64,000 bases of DNA from Minisyncoccota bacterium (GTDB lineage Bacteria > Patescibacteriota > Minisyncoccia > Phycocordibacterales > UBA9973). Below the pieces are notes generated by a model that saw only the letters and a list, made by a program, of their open reading frames with translations, was not told the DNA's origin and searched no databases. Shown one piece after another: positions 19,536-28,707 of this stretch. The stretch is taken from positions 2,201 through 66,200 of the forward strand of contig JBBAAI010000003.1 of assembly GCA_041658325.1 (NCBI GenBank), in the 5' to 3' direction. The position numbers and the translations under genes were made by a program. Position 1 is the stretch's first letter, and every line of letters starts with the position of its first letter.

Positions 19536-20816
19536 ATGGGGAAAAACCGGATTAATAATTTTAATGAGTTAGCAACGACAGAAAATCGTAAATCGGCTTT
19601 AGCTATTATGGAATCTGGGCTAGAAGCTATTGATACAGAAAGTGTTATTTTTAATTCTATTTTACTTCAAGATAATGTTTTAAGCATTTCAGGAAAAAGT
19701 TTTGATTTAGCGAATTTTAAAAAAATAAAAGTAGTCGGTTTTGGTAAAGGTTCTTCTTTGGCAGCTCTGGCTCTGGAGAAAATCTTAGGTTCTAAAATTG
19801 AAAAGGGTGCGGTTATTGGCCTCCATAAGGTTGATAGCAAATATATTGAAACCTTTGTCGGTACTCACCCAAGACCAAGCGAAATAAATCTTGAAGCTGG
19901 AGAAAAAATATATGAAATAGTTAAAGGTTCTAGTGAAGAAGACTTGATCATTGTTCTTGTTTCCGGTGGTGGTTCGGCCTTATTGTGTAATTCGGAAGAC
20001 GAGTGTGAGCAGGGAATAAGATTATATGATGCATTTTTAAAATCTGGGAAAACAATAACGGAAATTAACACAATCAGAAAACATTTATCTATTTTAAAAG
20101 GTGGAGGCTTGGCAAAAATTGCTTATCCAGCTACAGTCATCGGACTTATCTTTTCTGATATTCCAGGGGGTAATTTTGAAAATGTCGCTTCTGGTCCAAC
20201 CTATAAAGATAAAACCACCGTAGCTGATGCAGAAAAAATTATTACAGAAAATAATCTAGGAGAATTTAATTTAGTAGAAACACCGAAAGAAGAAAAATAT
20301 TTTGAAAAAGTTCATAATTTTATACTTGTTTCAAATGAAATTGCCATAGAAGCTATGGTAAAAAAGGCGCGAGAGCTTAATTTTGAAGTAAATGTTATTT
20401 CTACTGATTTATATGCTGAAGTAGGTGATGTAACTAAAAAAATATTTTCTGAGAAAAAAAACAACGCAGTTGTTTTGGCTGCTGGTGAGCCTCGTCTTGT
20501 AATTCTTAAAAAAGGGGGGAAAGGTGGAAGAAATCTTCATATGGGGCTAACGGCGATTAATAATAAAATGATTGATGCAGATTCTGTTTTTATATCTTTT
20601 GCTTCTGACGGGATGGACAATAGTGATGTCGCAGGAGCGATAGTGGATAAAAATACAACAGAAAAGGCGGAAAAATTGGGTTTAAGCGCTGATGATTATT
20701 TGGATAATTTCGATTCCTATTCTTTTTTCCAAAAAACCGGTGATATGATTATCACTGGCCCCACTGGCGCGAATGTTTCGGACCTAATGATTCTCTTAAC
20801 AAAAAACAATGAGTAA
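19536..20816 (+). CDS. Glycerate 2-kinase (MOFRL family)
   Basis: 426 aa; DLIIVLVSGGGSALL and C-terminal MOFRL-like region; tightly linked to the dehydrogenase and enolase. Confidence 0.7.
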   Translation: MGKNRINNFNELATTENRKSALAIMESGLEAIDTESVIFNSILLQDNVLSISGKSFDLANFKKIKVVGFGKGSSLAALALEKILGSKIEKGAVIGLHKVDSKYIETFVGTHPRPSEINLEAGEKIYEIVKGSSEEDLIIVLVSGGGSALLCNSEDECEQGIRLYDAFLKSGKTITEINTIRKHLSILKGGGLAKIAYPATVIGLIFSDIPGGNFENVASGPTYKDKTTVADAEKIITENNLGEFNLVETPKEEKYFEKVHNFILVSNEIAIEAMVKKARELNFEVNVISTDLYAEVGDVTKKIFSEKKNNAVVLAAGEPRLVILKKGGKGGRNLHMGLTAINNKMIDADSVFISFASDGMDNSDVAGAIVDKNTTEKAEKLGLSADDYLDNFDSYSFFQKTGDMIITGPTGANVSDLMILLTKNNE

Positions 20817-22032
20817 AATTACAAAAATTATAGCAGAAGAAATAAAAGATTCACGTGGAAATCCGACCGTTAAAGTAACAGCATGGGTCGAAGATATTTC
20901 AGATAGTTTTTCTGTTCCCTCTGGGGCTTCTACTGGACTTCATGAAGCGCATGAGTTAAGAGATGAAGATGGGAAGGGGGTAAAAAATGCCATAAATAAA
21001 ATAAACAATGTAATCGCGGGAGCTTTAATCGGCCAAGATATTTTAGATCAAAAAGAAATAGATAGAATTATGGTTGAATTAGATGGTACCCAGAACAAAG
21101 ATAATCTTGGGGGTAATTCTATGATTGGTGTTAGTATTGCTTGCGCAAAAGTCGCAGCTAAGATTTCTGGAAAAGAAATTTTCGAATATTTACAAACACT
21201 TGTTGAAATAAAACCATCTCGTCAAGTGCCATATCTTTATATGAATTTAATTAATGGTGGCAAGCACGCACAAAATAATTTAGCTTTTCAGGAATATCAT
21301 ATTATTCCTAAAGTGGAGGAAGTAGAAGAAGCAATTGAGATAGGAATAACGATACAAAATACTCTTAAAGAGATAATCTTAAAAGATTTAGGAGAAGAAT
21401 CAGTGATTTTCGGTGACGAAGGAGGTTTCGCTCCGAAAATAAGTGACATTAAGCAACCTCTTTTTTATCTTCGAGCAGCCATAAAACAAAATGATTTGGA
21501 AGGCAAGGTGCGACTTGCTCTCGATGTTGCTAGTTCTTCGTTTTATCACAATGGAATGTATAAAATTGAGGGGAAAGATGTCTCTAAAGAGGAACTTTTA
21601 AATATTTACGATTCTTTGATTAAAGAATTTAATTTACTGTCTATTGAAGATCCGTTCGATGAAGAAGATTTTGATAGTTTTAGAAAATTGAAAGAAAATA
21701 ACAGTGAGCTAAAAATAGTTGGTGATGATTTAACCGTAACCAATAAAATTCTTGTTGCTGAAGCGATAGAAAAAAATAGTATAAATGCGATGATTATTAA
21801 ACCGAACCAAATCGGTACTCTTACAGAAACCCTAGAGACTATGAAATTAGCAAGAGAAAATGACATAGAACTTATCGTGAGCCACAGAAGCGGAGAAACA
21901 GATGATGATTTTATTGCTGATCTTGCTTTTGCTTTTAATTGTTTTGGTTTAAAAGCGGGGGCTCCCACAAAACCAGAAAGAATGGTAAAGTATAGAAGGT
22001 TAGTCAAAATTACTAATTTATTATTAAAGTAA
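20809..22032 (+). CDS. eno: Enolase
   Basis: 407 aa; SDSRGNPTVKV, IKPNQIGTLTET, SHRSGETDD enolase signatures. Confidence 0.9.
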   Translation: MSKITKIIAEEIKDSRGNPTVKVTAWVEDISDSFSVPSGASTGLHEAHELRDEDGKGVKNAINKINNVIAGALIGQDILDQKEIDRIMVELDGTQNKDNLGGNSMIGVSIACAKVAAKISGKEIFEYLQTLVEIKPSRQVPYLYMNLINGGKHAQNNLAFQEYHIIPKVEEVEEAIEIGITIQNTLKEIILKDLGEESVIFGDEGGFAPKISDIKQPLFYLRAAIKQNDLEGKVRLALDVASSSFYHNGMYKIEGKDVSKEELLNIYDSLIKEFNLLSIEDPFDEEDFDSFRKLKENNSELKIVGDDLTVTNKILVAEAIEKNSINAMIIKPNQIGTLTETLETMKLARENDIELIVSHRSGETDDDFIADLAFAFNCFGLKAGAPTKPERMVKYRRLVKITNLLLK

Positions 22033-22043
22033 AAGAATTATTT

Positions 22044-24464
22044 ATGTCAGAGGAAAAAAAATTTGTTAAGTGGTTTAGTGAAGTTGGAATTGATGATGTT
22101 CCGGTGGTTGGTGGTAAAAACGCTGCCTTAGGAGAAATGTATTCCAATCTTGTTCCACTTGGCGTAAATGTGCCGGATGGTTTTGCTCTTACTGCAGATG
22201 CTTATCGACATTTTTTTAGGGAAACGGGGCTGGATGAAAAAATAAAACAAATTCTTTCTGATTTAAATACAAAAGATATTCGCAATCTGCAAGTTCGGGG
22301 CAAAAAAGTTCGCGAAGCGATTCTAAAAGAGATTTTGCCCCAAGACTTACAAGATATGATTACAAAATCATATAGAGAATTGGGAGAAAAATATGGGGAA
22401 AATAGTGACGTAGCAGTTCGATCTTCGGCTACCGCAGAAGATCTTCCCGGAGCTTCATTTGCCGGCCAGCAGGAGACATATCTCAATGTGCATGGCATAG
22501 AAAACATACTTGTCGCGACAAAAAAATGCATTGCCTCTCTTTTTACCGATCGGGCTATTTCTTATCGCGCAGATAAAGGATTCTCGCATTTTGATGCGGC
22601 TCTTTCTGTCGGTATTCAACGTATGGTGCGTTCTGATCTTTCTTCCTCTGGTGTTGCTTTTACCATAGATACAGAAACTGGTTTTGATAAAGTAATTGTG
22701 GTGACTGGTATATATGGTTTAGGCGAATTCATCGTGCAGGGGAAAGTTATTCCGGATGAATTTATTATCTTTAAGCCAAATCTAGATGCCAATAAAAAAA
22801 ATCCTATTATTGGTAAAAAAATCGGTAAGAAAAATATTAAACTAGTTTATGCGAAGGATGGTACGAAGCAAGAAAAAGTATCGCCACGAGATCAACAAAA
22901 ATATTCTCTTACGGACGAAGAAGTGGTAAAGATGGGAAAGTGGTGTTATCAAATAGAAAAATATTTTTCCAAGAAACATAATCGTTATCAGCCAATGGAT
23001 ATTGAATGGGCGAAGGATGGGAAAACTGGAGAGCTTTTCATCGTACAAGCTCGTCCTGAAACAGTTGTCTCTGGAAAAGATAAAAATATTTTAAGCGAAT
23101 ATAAATTACAAAAAACAAGCAAGGTTTTGATAAAAGGTATTGCCGTTGGGTCAAAAATCGGCGCTGGGAAAGTTCGAGTACTTCGAAGTGCAAAAAATAT
23201 AAATGTATTTGAAAAAGGAGAGGTGTTGGTAACGGAAATCACTGATCCAGATTGGGAACCAATTATGAAAATAGCTAGCGCCATAGTGACGGACAAAGGG
23301 GGACGCACTTCGCATGCGGCTATCGTTTCTCGCGAGCTCGGTATTCCTTGTATCGTTGGTTCAGATAATGCCACAAAAGTGCTTAAAAATGGTCAGGGCG
23401 TGACTGTAGACGCCTCAGGAGGGCAGGTGGGTAACGTATACGAAGGAATTCTTCCTTTTGAAGTAAAAGAACACCATTTAGACAAGTTGCCCAAGGTGGC
23501 TACAAAAATTATGGTCAATATCGGTTCACCGGATGATGCATTTAAAAATTACAATCTTCCGGCAGAGGGAGTAGGGCTAGGAAGACTAGAATTTATTATT
23601 GCCTCTTATATTCGTCTGCATCCGAATGCATTGATTGATTATGATAAACTTAAAAAAGGGAAAAAGACCCCCGCTGTAACAAAATTATTAAAAGAAATTG
23701 ATAATTTAACTTATGAATACAAAGATAAAACACAATTCTATGTAGACGAGCTTGCTTTAGGTATAGCGAAAATCGGTGCCGCTTTTTATCCCAATAAAGT
23801 GATTATTCGTTTCTCTGACTTTAAGACGAATGAGTATCGTACCTTGATTGGTGGAGATATGTATGAACCGCATGAAGAGAATCCGATGTTAGGCTGGCGC
23901 GGAGCTTCACGATATTATGATCCGAAATTCAAAACAGCTTTTGGTCTCGAATGTAAAGCGATGAAAATCGTGCGGGAAGACATGGGACTTTCGAACGTAA
24001 TTCCGATGATTCCATTTTGCCGAACACCAGAAGAGGGGAAACAAGTTATCGCTGTAATGAAAGAATATGGCCTAGACAGAGAAACAGATAAAGAATTAAA
24101 AATTTATGTAATGTGCGAGATTCCATCAAATATTTTACTCGCTGATGAATTTTTGGAAATTTTTGACGGTATGTCTATCGGTTCTAACGACCTGACTCAG
24201 CTTACTTTAGGTCTTGATAGAGACTCTGGTATTGTCACTCATATTGCGAACGAAAATAATCCATCCGTAAAAAAACTAGTTGCGCAAATTATTCAAAAGT
24301 GTAAAGAAAAAAATAAATATATCGGCATTTGCGGTCAAGCACCATCTGACTATCCTGAATTCGCGCAATTCCTTGTAGATGAAGGGATAGAAAGTATGTC
24401 GCTTAATCCTGATACTATTATCAAGATTATAATGGCACTTGGTTCTAAGGCAGAAAAGAGTTAG
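22044..24464 (+). CDS. ppsA: Phosphoenolpyruvate synthase (pyruvate, water dikinase)
   Basis: 806 aa; N-terminal ATP-grasp (GGKNAALGEM), phospho-His domain GGRTSHAAIVSRELGIPCIVG, C-terminal PEP-utilising TIM domain. Confidence 0.85.
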   Translation: MSEEKKFVKWFSEVGIDDVPVVGGKNAALGEMYSNLVPLGVNVPDGFALTADAYRHFFRETGLDEKIKQILSDLNTKDIRNLQVRGKKVREAILKEILPQDLQDMITKSYRELGEKYGENSDVAVRSSATAEDLPGASFAGQQETYLNVHGIENILVATKKCIASLFTDRAISYRADKGFSHFDAALSVGIQRMVRSDLSSSGVAFTIDTETGFDKVIVVTGIYGLGEFIVQGKVIPDEFIIFKPNLDANKKNPIIGKKIGKKNIKLVYAKDGTKQEKVSPRDQQKYSLTDEEVVKMGKWCYQIEKYFSKKHNRYQPMDIEWAKDGKTGELFIVQARPETVVSGKDKNILSEYKLQKTSKVLIKGIAVGSKIGAGKVRVLRSAKNINVFEKGEVLVTEITDPDWEPIMKIASAIVTDKGGRTSHAAIVSRELGIPCIVGSDNATKVLKNGQGVTVDASGGQVGNVYEGILPFEVKEHHLDKLPKVATKIMVNIGSPDDAFKNYNLPAEGVGLGRLEFIIASYIRLHPNALIDYDKLKKGKKTPAVTKLLKEIDNLTYEYKDKTQFYVDELALGIAKIGAAFYPNKVIIRFSDFKTNEYRTLIGGDMYEPHEENPMLGWRGASRYYDPKFKTAFGLECKAMKIVREDMGLSNVIPMIPFCRTPEEGKQVIAVMKEYGLDRETDKELKIYVMCEIPSNILLADEFLEIFDGMSIGSNDLTQLTLGLDRDSGIVTHIANENNPSVKKLVAQIIQKCKEKNKYIGICGQAPSDYPEFAQFLVDEGIESMSLNPDTIIKIIMALGSKAEKS

Positions 24465-24477
24465 AATATCATCTGCC

Positions 24478-24548
24478 GCGGTCGTAGTTTAGTGGTAGAA
24501 CTGGTGCTTCCCAAGCATCGGGCGCGAGTTCGATTCTCGCCGGCCGCA
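24478..24548 (+). tRNA. tRNA-Gly (anticodon CCC)
   Basis: Cloverleaf folded by hand: acceptor GCGGTCG/CGGCCGC, D arm GTTT-AGTGGTA-GAAC, anticodon arm GGTGC-TTCCCAA-GCATC, T arm GCGAG-TTCGATT-CTCGC, discriminator A; CCA not encoded. Confidence 0.8.
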
Positions 24549-24568
24549 CAAAGTCCCCACTTGACAAG

Positions 24569-24580
24569 CATGCTATAATG
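24569..24580 (+). promoter_or_regulatory. Extended -10 promoter element (TGCTATAAT) upstream of glutaredoxin-like gene
   Basis: tgctataat read directly; an adjacent TTGACA is only 7 nt away so is not a functional -35. Confidence 0.35.
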
Positions 24581-24610
24581 AAGATATTAAAAGTTAAACG
24601 ATAAAATATT

Positions 24611-24844
24611 ATGAAAAACGTAACAATTTATTCAACCCCGACCTGTCACTTTTGTCACATGGCAAAAGATTTTTTTACTGCCAACAGTATTGTTTATACA
24701 GAATATGACGTGGCAAGTGATCTTGATAAAAGAAAAGAAATGATAGAAAAAAGCGGCCAAATGGGTGTGCCGGTAATAGTAATTGATGGCGAAATCACTG
24801 TCGGTTTTGATAAACCAAGAATCGTTGGTTTACTAGCACTTTAA
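24611..24844 (+). CDS. Glutaredoxin-like protein (thioredoxin fold, CxxC)
   Basis: 77 aa; TIYSTPTCHFCHMAKDFF active-site CHFC, GVPVIVIDGE typical of NrdH/glutaredoxin-like proteins. Confidence 0.7.
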   Translation: MKNVTIYSTPTCHFCHMAKDFFTANSIVYTEYDVASDLDKRKEMIEKSGQMGVPVIVIDGEITVGFDKPRIVGLLAL

Positions 24845-24848
24845 TTTG

Positions 24849-24920
24849 TGCCCTCACTCCGAATCGAACGGGGATCTATTCCTTAGGACGGAACTGTTCT
24901 ATCCATTGAACTATGAGGGC
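24849..24920 (-). tRNA. tRNA-Arg (anticodon CCT)
   Basis: Reverse complement folds: acceptor GCCCTCA/TGAGGGC, D arm GTTC-AATGGATA-GAAC, anticodon arm GTTCC-GTCCTAA-GGAAT, T loop TTCGATT (one C-A mismatch in T stem). Confidence 0.7.
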
Positions 24921-24995
24921 TATCCCTACAATCTAACACATAAAAAGCTTATTTGGAATTGGTTTTTTTATTTATTTATGCTAAATTATATATAA

Positions 24996-25252
24996 TGCAA
25001 CCAGAGGAAAAAAAGTTATTAGAACAAACTTACGAGCTTGTCGAAGAGAACAATCGCATGTTGCATTCTATAAAGCGTACCATGTTTATGGCACGTATTA
25101 TGAGTGTTTTGTATTGGGTGTTGATTATAGGTGTTTCTGTCGGGGCATTTTATTTTATTCAGCCATATCTGGATCAATTGATGGATACATATAGTGGTGC
25201 GAAAAGTAATCTCGACAACCTTGGTTCTTTGTTGAAAAAATTGCCAAATTAA
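24996..25252 (+). CDS. Small hypothetical membrane protein
   Basis: ORF 24953-25252; likely start MQPEEKK; one TM helix (IMSVLYWVLIIGVSVGAFYFI). Confidence 0.35.
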
Positions 25253-25256
25253 AACT

Positions 25257-25328
25257 GCCTGGGTAGCTCAGTAGTAGAGCGTTCCCCTGAAGAGGGACAG
25301 GTCGGGTGTGCGATCCACCCCCCAGGCA
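25257..25328 (+). tRNA. tRNA-Phe (anticodon GAA)
   Basis: Acceptor GCCTGGG/CCCAGGC, D arm GCTC-AGTAGTA-GAGC, anticodon loop CTGAAGA, T arm GGGTG-TGCGATC-CACCC, discriminator A. Confidence 0.7.
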
Positions 25329-25335
25329 CAGAATG

Positions 25336-25830
25336 TTAGATTGATTTTATTTTTACGTTGTTTTTCTTTTCTTTATCCACCTTTTTGATTTTTATAGTAA
25401 GAAGGCCATGTCTTTCGGTGGCTTCAACTTGTTCTGGTTCTACTTCTGCGGGAAGTGACAAGGTGCGAGAAAATTTTCCCCAATAAAGTTCTTTAGTAAA
25501 ATAATTATCTTCATCAATGGTTCTAGATTCTTCACGTTTACCACGAATAGTGATCATGTCTCGAGAAATTGATAGTTCTAAATCCTCTGGTCTAACTCCG
25601 GCTACCATTGTTTGGACTATGATGTCAGTTGGTGTTTGAAAAACGTCAATTGATAATTCCGCCTCATCATTTTCTTCTTCTATCCAGCTGTTACCATTTT
25701 TTTTATCCCCCTTATTTCCTTTTGTTGAATAATCTTTTTTAGTTTCTTCACGATCATCGTCTATACTCATACTACCAGTTAATCTTTCAAAAAAACTTCT
25801 TTTTTTATTTTCCATAAATTTCCCCGTCAC
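25336..25830 (-). CDS. Hsp20/alpha-crystallin family small heat-shock protein
   Basis: 164 aa; alpha-crystallin domain (IDVFQTPTDIIVQTMVAGVRPEDLELSISRDMITIRGKRE...GKFSRTLSLP...AEVE...A....GLLTIKI); start may be the internal Met at 25815. Confidence 0.8.
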   Translation of the reverse strand: MTGKFMENKKRSFFERLTGSMSIDDDREETKKDYSTKGNKGDKKNGNSWIEEENDEAELSIDVFQTPTDIIVQTMVAGVRPEDLELSISRDMITIRGKREESRTIDEDNYFTKELYWGKFSRTLSLPAEVEPEQVEATERHGLLTIKIKKVDKEKKNNVKIKSI

Positions 25831-25856
25831 GACGAGGCAAGTTAGTTAATTAATAA

Positions 25857-26549
25857 TTATTCACTCATTCTTCTTACTTTTTCAAAAAGTAACATAACGA
25901 CTACAGTAACGACCCATAAAAATGCAAATACTTTCAAGAAATCATTTCCATCATTTCTTATTATAAAAAAATTAAAGGTACTATGCAAGGCTATGGCAGC
26001 CAGGAAACCGATAAATAGATACCACCCTTTTCTAAAACTTCCTAAATAGAAAGAAATTCCAAGCGCAATACCTAGAATTCCTGAAGAGACAGTATGAAGA
26101 AGAGTAGATCCTAAAAAGCGAAGTTGCCCAGTAAGTAAACCCACAATTGCTTGATTTATTGAAAATGGTTTGATTAAAAACAAAATATTTTCAAGTGCGG
26201 CGAAACCCAAAGCTGCCGTGATGAGATAGATCGGCCAGTCTATAGGTTTATTAATATAATTTGTTTTATAAAGAATAAGTAAGACAGCAAGATATTTTAT
26301 TATTTCTTCTGCGCTGGCCCACATAATGAGCTCCATCTCTTGTGAACTTATATGAGATTGTATAAATTTTTGAATTGGTAAAACTACTATGACTGCTACC
26401 ATCCCCATAATAAAAACAATAGCAAGCAACCCTTTGGGTTCAGGGTTTTCTTCTTCTTTCATCCAAAACCATAACCACAAAAAAGAGGGGATAATTCCTC
26501 CCAGAAACGCTAAGGCTAAAATTTTCGGGTTGCTTAGTAAGAGGGCCAT
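25857..26549 (-). CDS. PrsW-like intramembrane metalloprotease (putative)
   Basis: 230 aa, 7-8 TM helices; EExxK-like AEEIIKYLAV, FxxxE (FAALENILF) and H-containing helices (LLHTVSSGILG, ALHSTFNF) as in the PrsW/CPBP family. Confidence 0.45.
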   Translation of the reverse strand: MALLLSNPKILALAFLGGIIPSFLWLWFWMKEEENPEPKGLLAIVFIMGMVAVIVVLPIQKFIQSHISSQEMELIMWASAEEIIKYLAVLLILYKTNYINKPIDWPIYLITAALGFAALENILFLIKPFSINQAIVGLLTGQLRFLGSTLLHTVSSGILGIALGISFYLGSFRKGWYLFIGFLAAIALHSTFNFFIIRNDGNDFLKVFAFLWVVTVVVMLLFEKVRRMSE

Positions 26550-28669
26550 TTTTCAACCATCAATAGATTTTTATTTTCTTTTTGTAATATCGACCAGATT
26601 TCTTCTGTGACAAATGGAATAAATGGATGAAGAGCTTTTAATAAAGTAGTCAAATGAGTGTAAAGAAGCGCCTTAGCTGAGTCGCCATTTTTATTTTCCA
26701 GTATTTTTCTTTTAGATCTTTCAATAATGATATCTGCAAAGGTGTGCCAAAAGTAATGATAAAGTTTTTCGGAAACAAGATGGAATTTATATTCATCCAT
26801 CTCTTTAGTTATTTCTTTTATAAATATTTTTAATTCTTCGTCTGATTTTTTATCTTCTTCGTCATAGCTCGGTGTTTCTGGAATATTAAAATCTTTTGTA
26901 TTTTCTAATACAAAACGAGTAGCATTCCAAATTTTATTAGCAAAATTTTTATATCCTTTAATTTTTTCTTCAGATATCTTTGAGTCCGTGCCTGGAGCTG
27001 TACCCACGATGAGAGCCATGCGTCCCGCATCAGCACCGAATTTTTCCGCTATCTCAAGCGGATCGATACCATTATTTAAAGATTTGGACATTTTTTGTCC
27101 CTTGGCGTCACGAACTGTTCCATGCAAAAATACATTTTTAAAAGGTATTTCGCCTAAGGCATATTCTGACATCAAAACCATTCTAGCGACCCAAAAGAAA
27201 AGTATTTCATATCCTGTTTCCAAAACATCGGTTGGATGAAAAGTCGTTAGGTCTTTTGTTTTTTCTGGCCAACCTAATGTTGAAAAAGTCCAGAGTCCAG
27301 AAGAAAACCAAGTATCTAATGTATCTTCATCTTCCCTCCATCCACTGCCTGGATTTTCTCCAACAACTATTTCTTCTCCTTTATACCAAACTGGTATTCT
27401 ATGTCCATACCAGATTTGCCTAGAAATACACCAATCACGAAGATTTTCTATCCAATGAAAATATGTTTTAGAAAAATATTCAGGTATTATTTTTATTTCA
27501 TCTTTTTCAAAAGGTTCACGCATTAAATCTTTAAGAGATTTATTATTCCTTTCTTTTATTGGTTTATTTACGTCTATAAACCATTGTAATTTAGGTAGTG
27601 GTTCTATGATTCCACCTGTTCGTTCAGCCGTAGCAATATTTTGTTTTATTTCTTCTTCTTTTTCTAAAAGGTCTTGAGAGCGTAACCATTCTACGATCAC
27701 TTCTCTCGCCTCCGTTGTTTTTTTGCCTAGTAATTTTTCTCCACCAACAGACATTTTTGCGTATTCGTTTATAACTTGAGGGCGAAGTAAGTCGTGTCTT
27801 TCTGCCATTTCCCAATCAATCATAGAATGGGCAGGGGTAACACCAAGCGCACCTGTGCCGAATTCTGGATCAACTTCTTTATCGGCTATTATTTTGATAT
27901 GAATTGGTATTTCACAGAATTCTAAATCATACTCTTTTCCGACAAATTCTGTGTATCTTTTATCATCTGGATGCACTGCCACTGCCACGTCACCAACTTT
28001 TGTTTCTGGTCTACTGGTTGATATAAAAATGGGGAAGTCCTTGCTGTATTTAAAAGTATAAAGTTTTGCGTTACGTTCTTCGTAAACGATTTCATCGTCT
28101 GAAATCGTAGTTTGCCCTTTTGGATCCCAATTAACAATTCTATTCCCACGGTAAATTAATCCATCGTCATACATTTTTTTAAATATTGTATTTACAGCGA
28201 GATTTCTTTTTTTATCTAGAGTAAAAGCTTCACGAGACCAATCGCATGATGCTCCCATTACTTTTATTTGGGAAATGATTGTATCATGGCTTTCCTTAGC
28301 AAATTCGTTTATTCGTTTTAATATTTCTTCTCGCCCTAAATCATAACGAGATTTTCCTTCTTTTTTCTGTATTTCTTTTTCTACCTTTGATTGAGTTGCT
28401 ATGGCAGCGTGGTCTGTGCCCGGAAGCCAAAGAGTCTTGAATCCCTGCATTCTTTTATAACGAATCATTATATCTTCAAGAGTAATCATTAATGCATGTC
28501 CCATGTGAAGTACTCCAGTAACATTCGGCGGGGGCATCATTATTGTAAACGTCTTTTCTCTTTTGTCAGGTAGATTATCTGGATTAAAAAAACCGCTTTC
28601 CTCCCAAAGCTTGTAAATTCTTTTTTCAGTTGTTTTAGGATCATAGGGTTTCAGTAATTTCTCATCCAT
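26534..28669 (-). CDS. valS: Valyl-tRNA synthetase (short form lacking the usual C-terminal extension)
   Basis: 711 aa; PPPNVTGVLHMGHA HIGH region, KMSKS (QKMSKSLNNG), editing-domain collinearity with ValRS. Confidence 0.85.
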   Translation of the reverse strand: MDEKLLKPYDPKTTEKRIYKLWEESGFFNPDNLPDKREKTFTIMMPPPNVTGVLHMGHALMITLEDIMIRYKRMQGFKTLWLPGTDHAAIATQSKVEKEIQKKEGKSRYDLGREEILKRINEFAKESHDTIISQIKVMGASCDWSREAFTLDKKRNLAVNTIFKKMYDDGLIYRGNRIVNWDPKGQTTISDDEIVYEERNAKLYTFKYSKDFPIFISTSRPETKVGDVAVAVHPDDKRYTEFVGKEYDLEFCEIPIHIKIIADKEVDPEFGTGALGVTPAHSMIDWEMAERHDLLRPQVINEYAKMSVGGEKLLGKKTTEAREVIVEWLRSQDLLEKEEEIKQNIATAERTGGIIEPLPKLQWFIDVNKPIKERNNKSLKDLMREPFEKDEIKIIPEYFSKTYFHWIENLRDWCISRQIWYGHRIPVWYKGEEIVVGENPGSGWREDEDTLDTWFSSGLWTFSTLGWPEKTKDLTTFHPTDVLETGYEILFFWVARMVLMSEYALGEIPFKNVFLHGTVRDAKGQKMSKSLNNGIDPLEIAEKFGADAGRMALIVGTAPGTDSKISEEKIKGYKNFANKIWNATRFVLENTKDFNIPETPSYDEEDKKSDEELKIFIKEITKEMDEYKFHLVSEKLYHYFWHTFADIIIERSKRKILENKNGDSAKALLYTHLTTLLKALHPFIPFVTEEIWSILQKENKNLLMVEKWPSY

Positions 28670-28707
28670 ACCTTAATAATATCACATTTATCCTGACTCG
28701 AGAAGGA

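Noticed and set aside
24560-24566. TTGACA hexamer upstream of the glutaredoxin-like gene as a -35 box
   Set aside because: Only 7 nt from the TATAAT box. The spacing is incompatible with sigma70, so only the extended -10 (TGCTATAAT) is reported.
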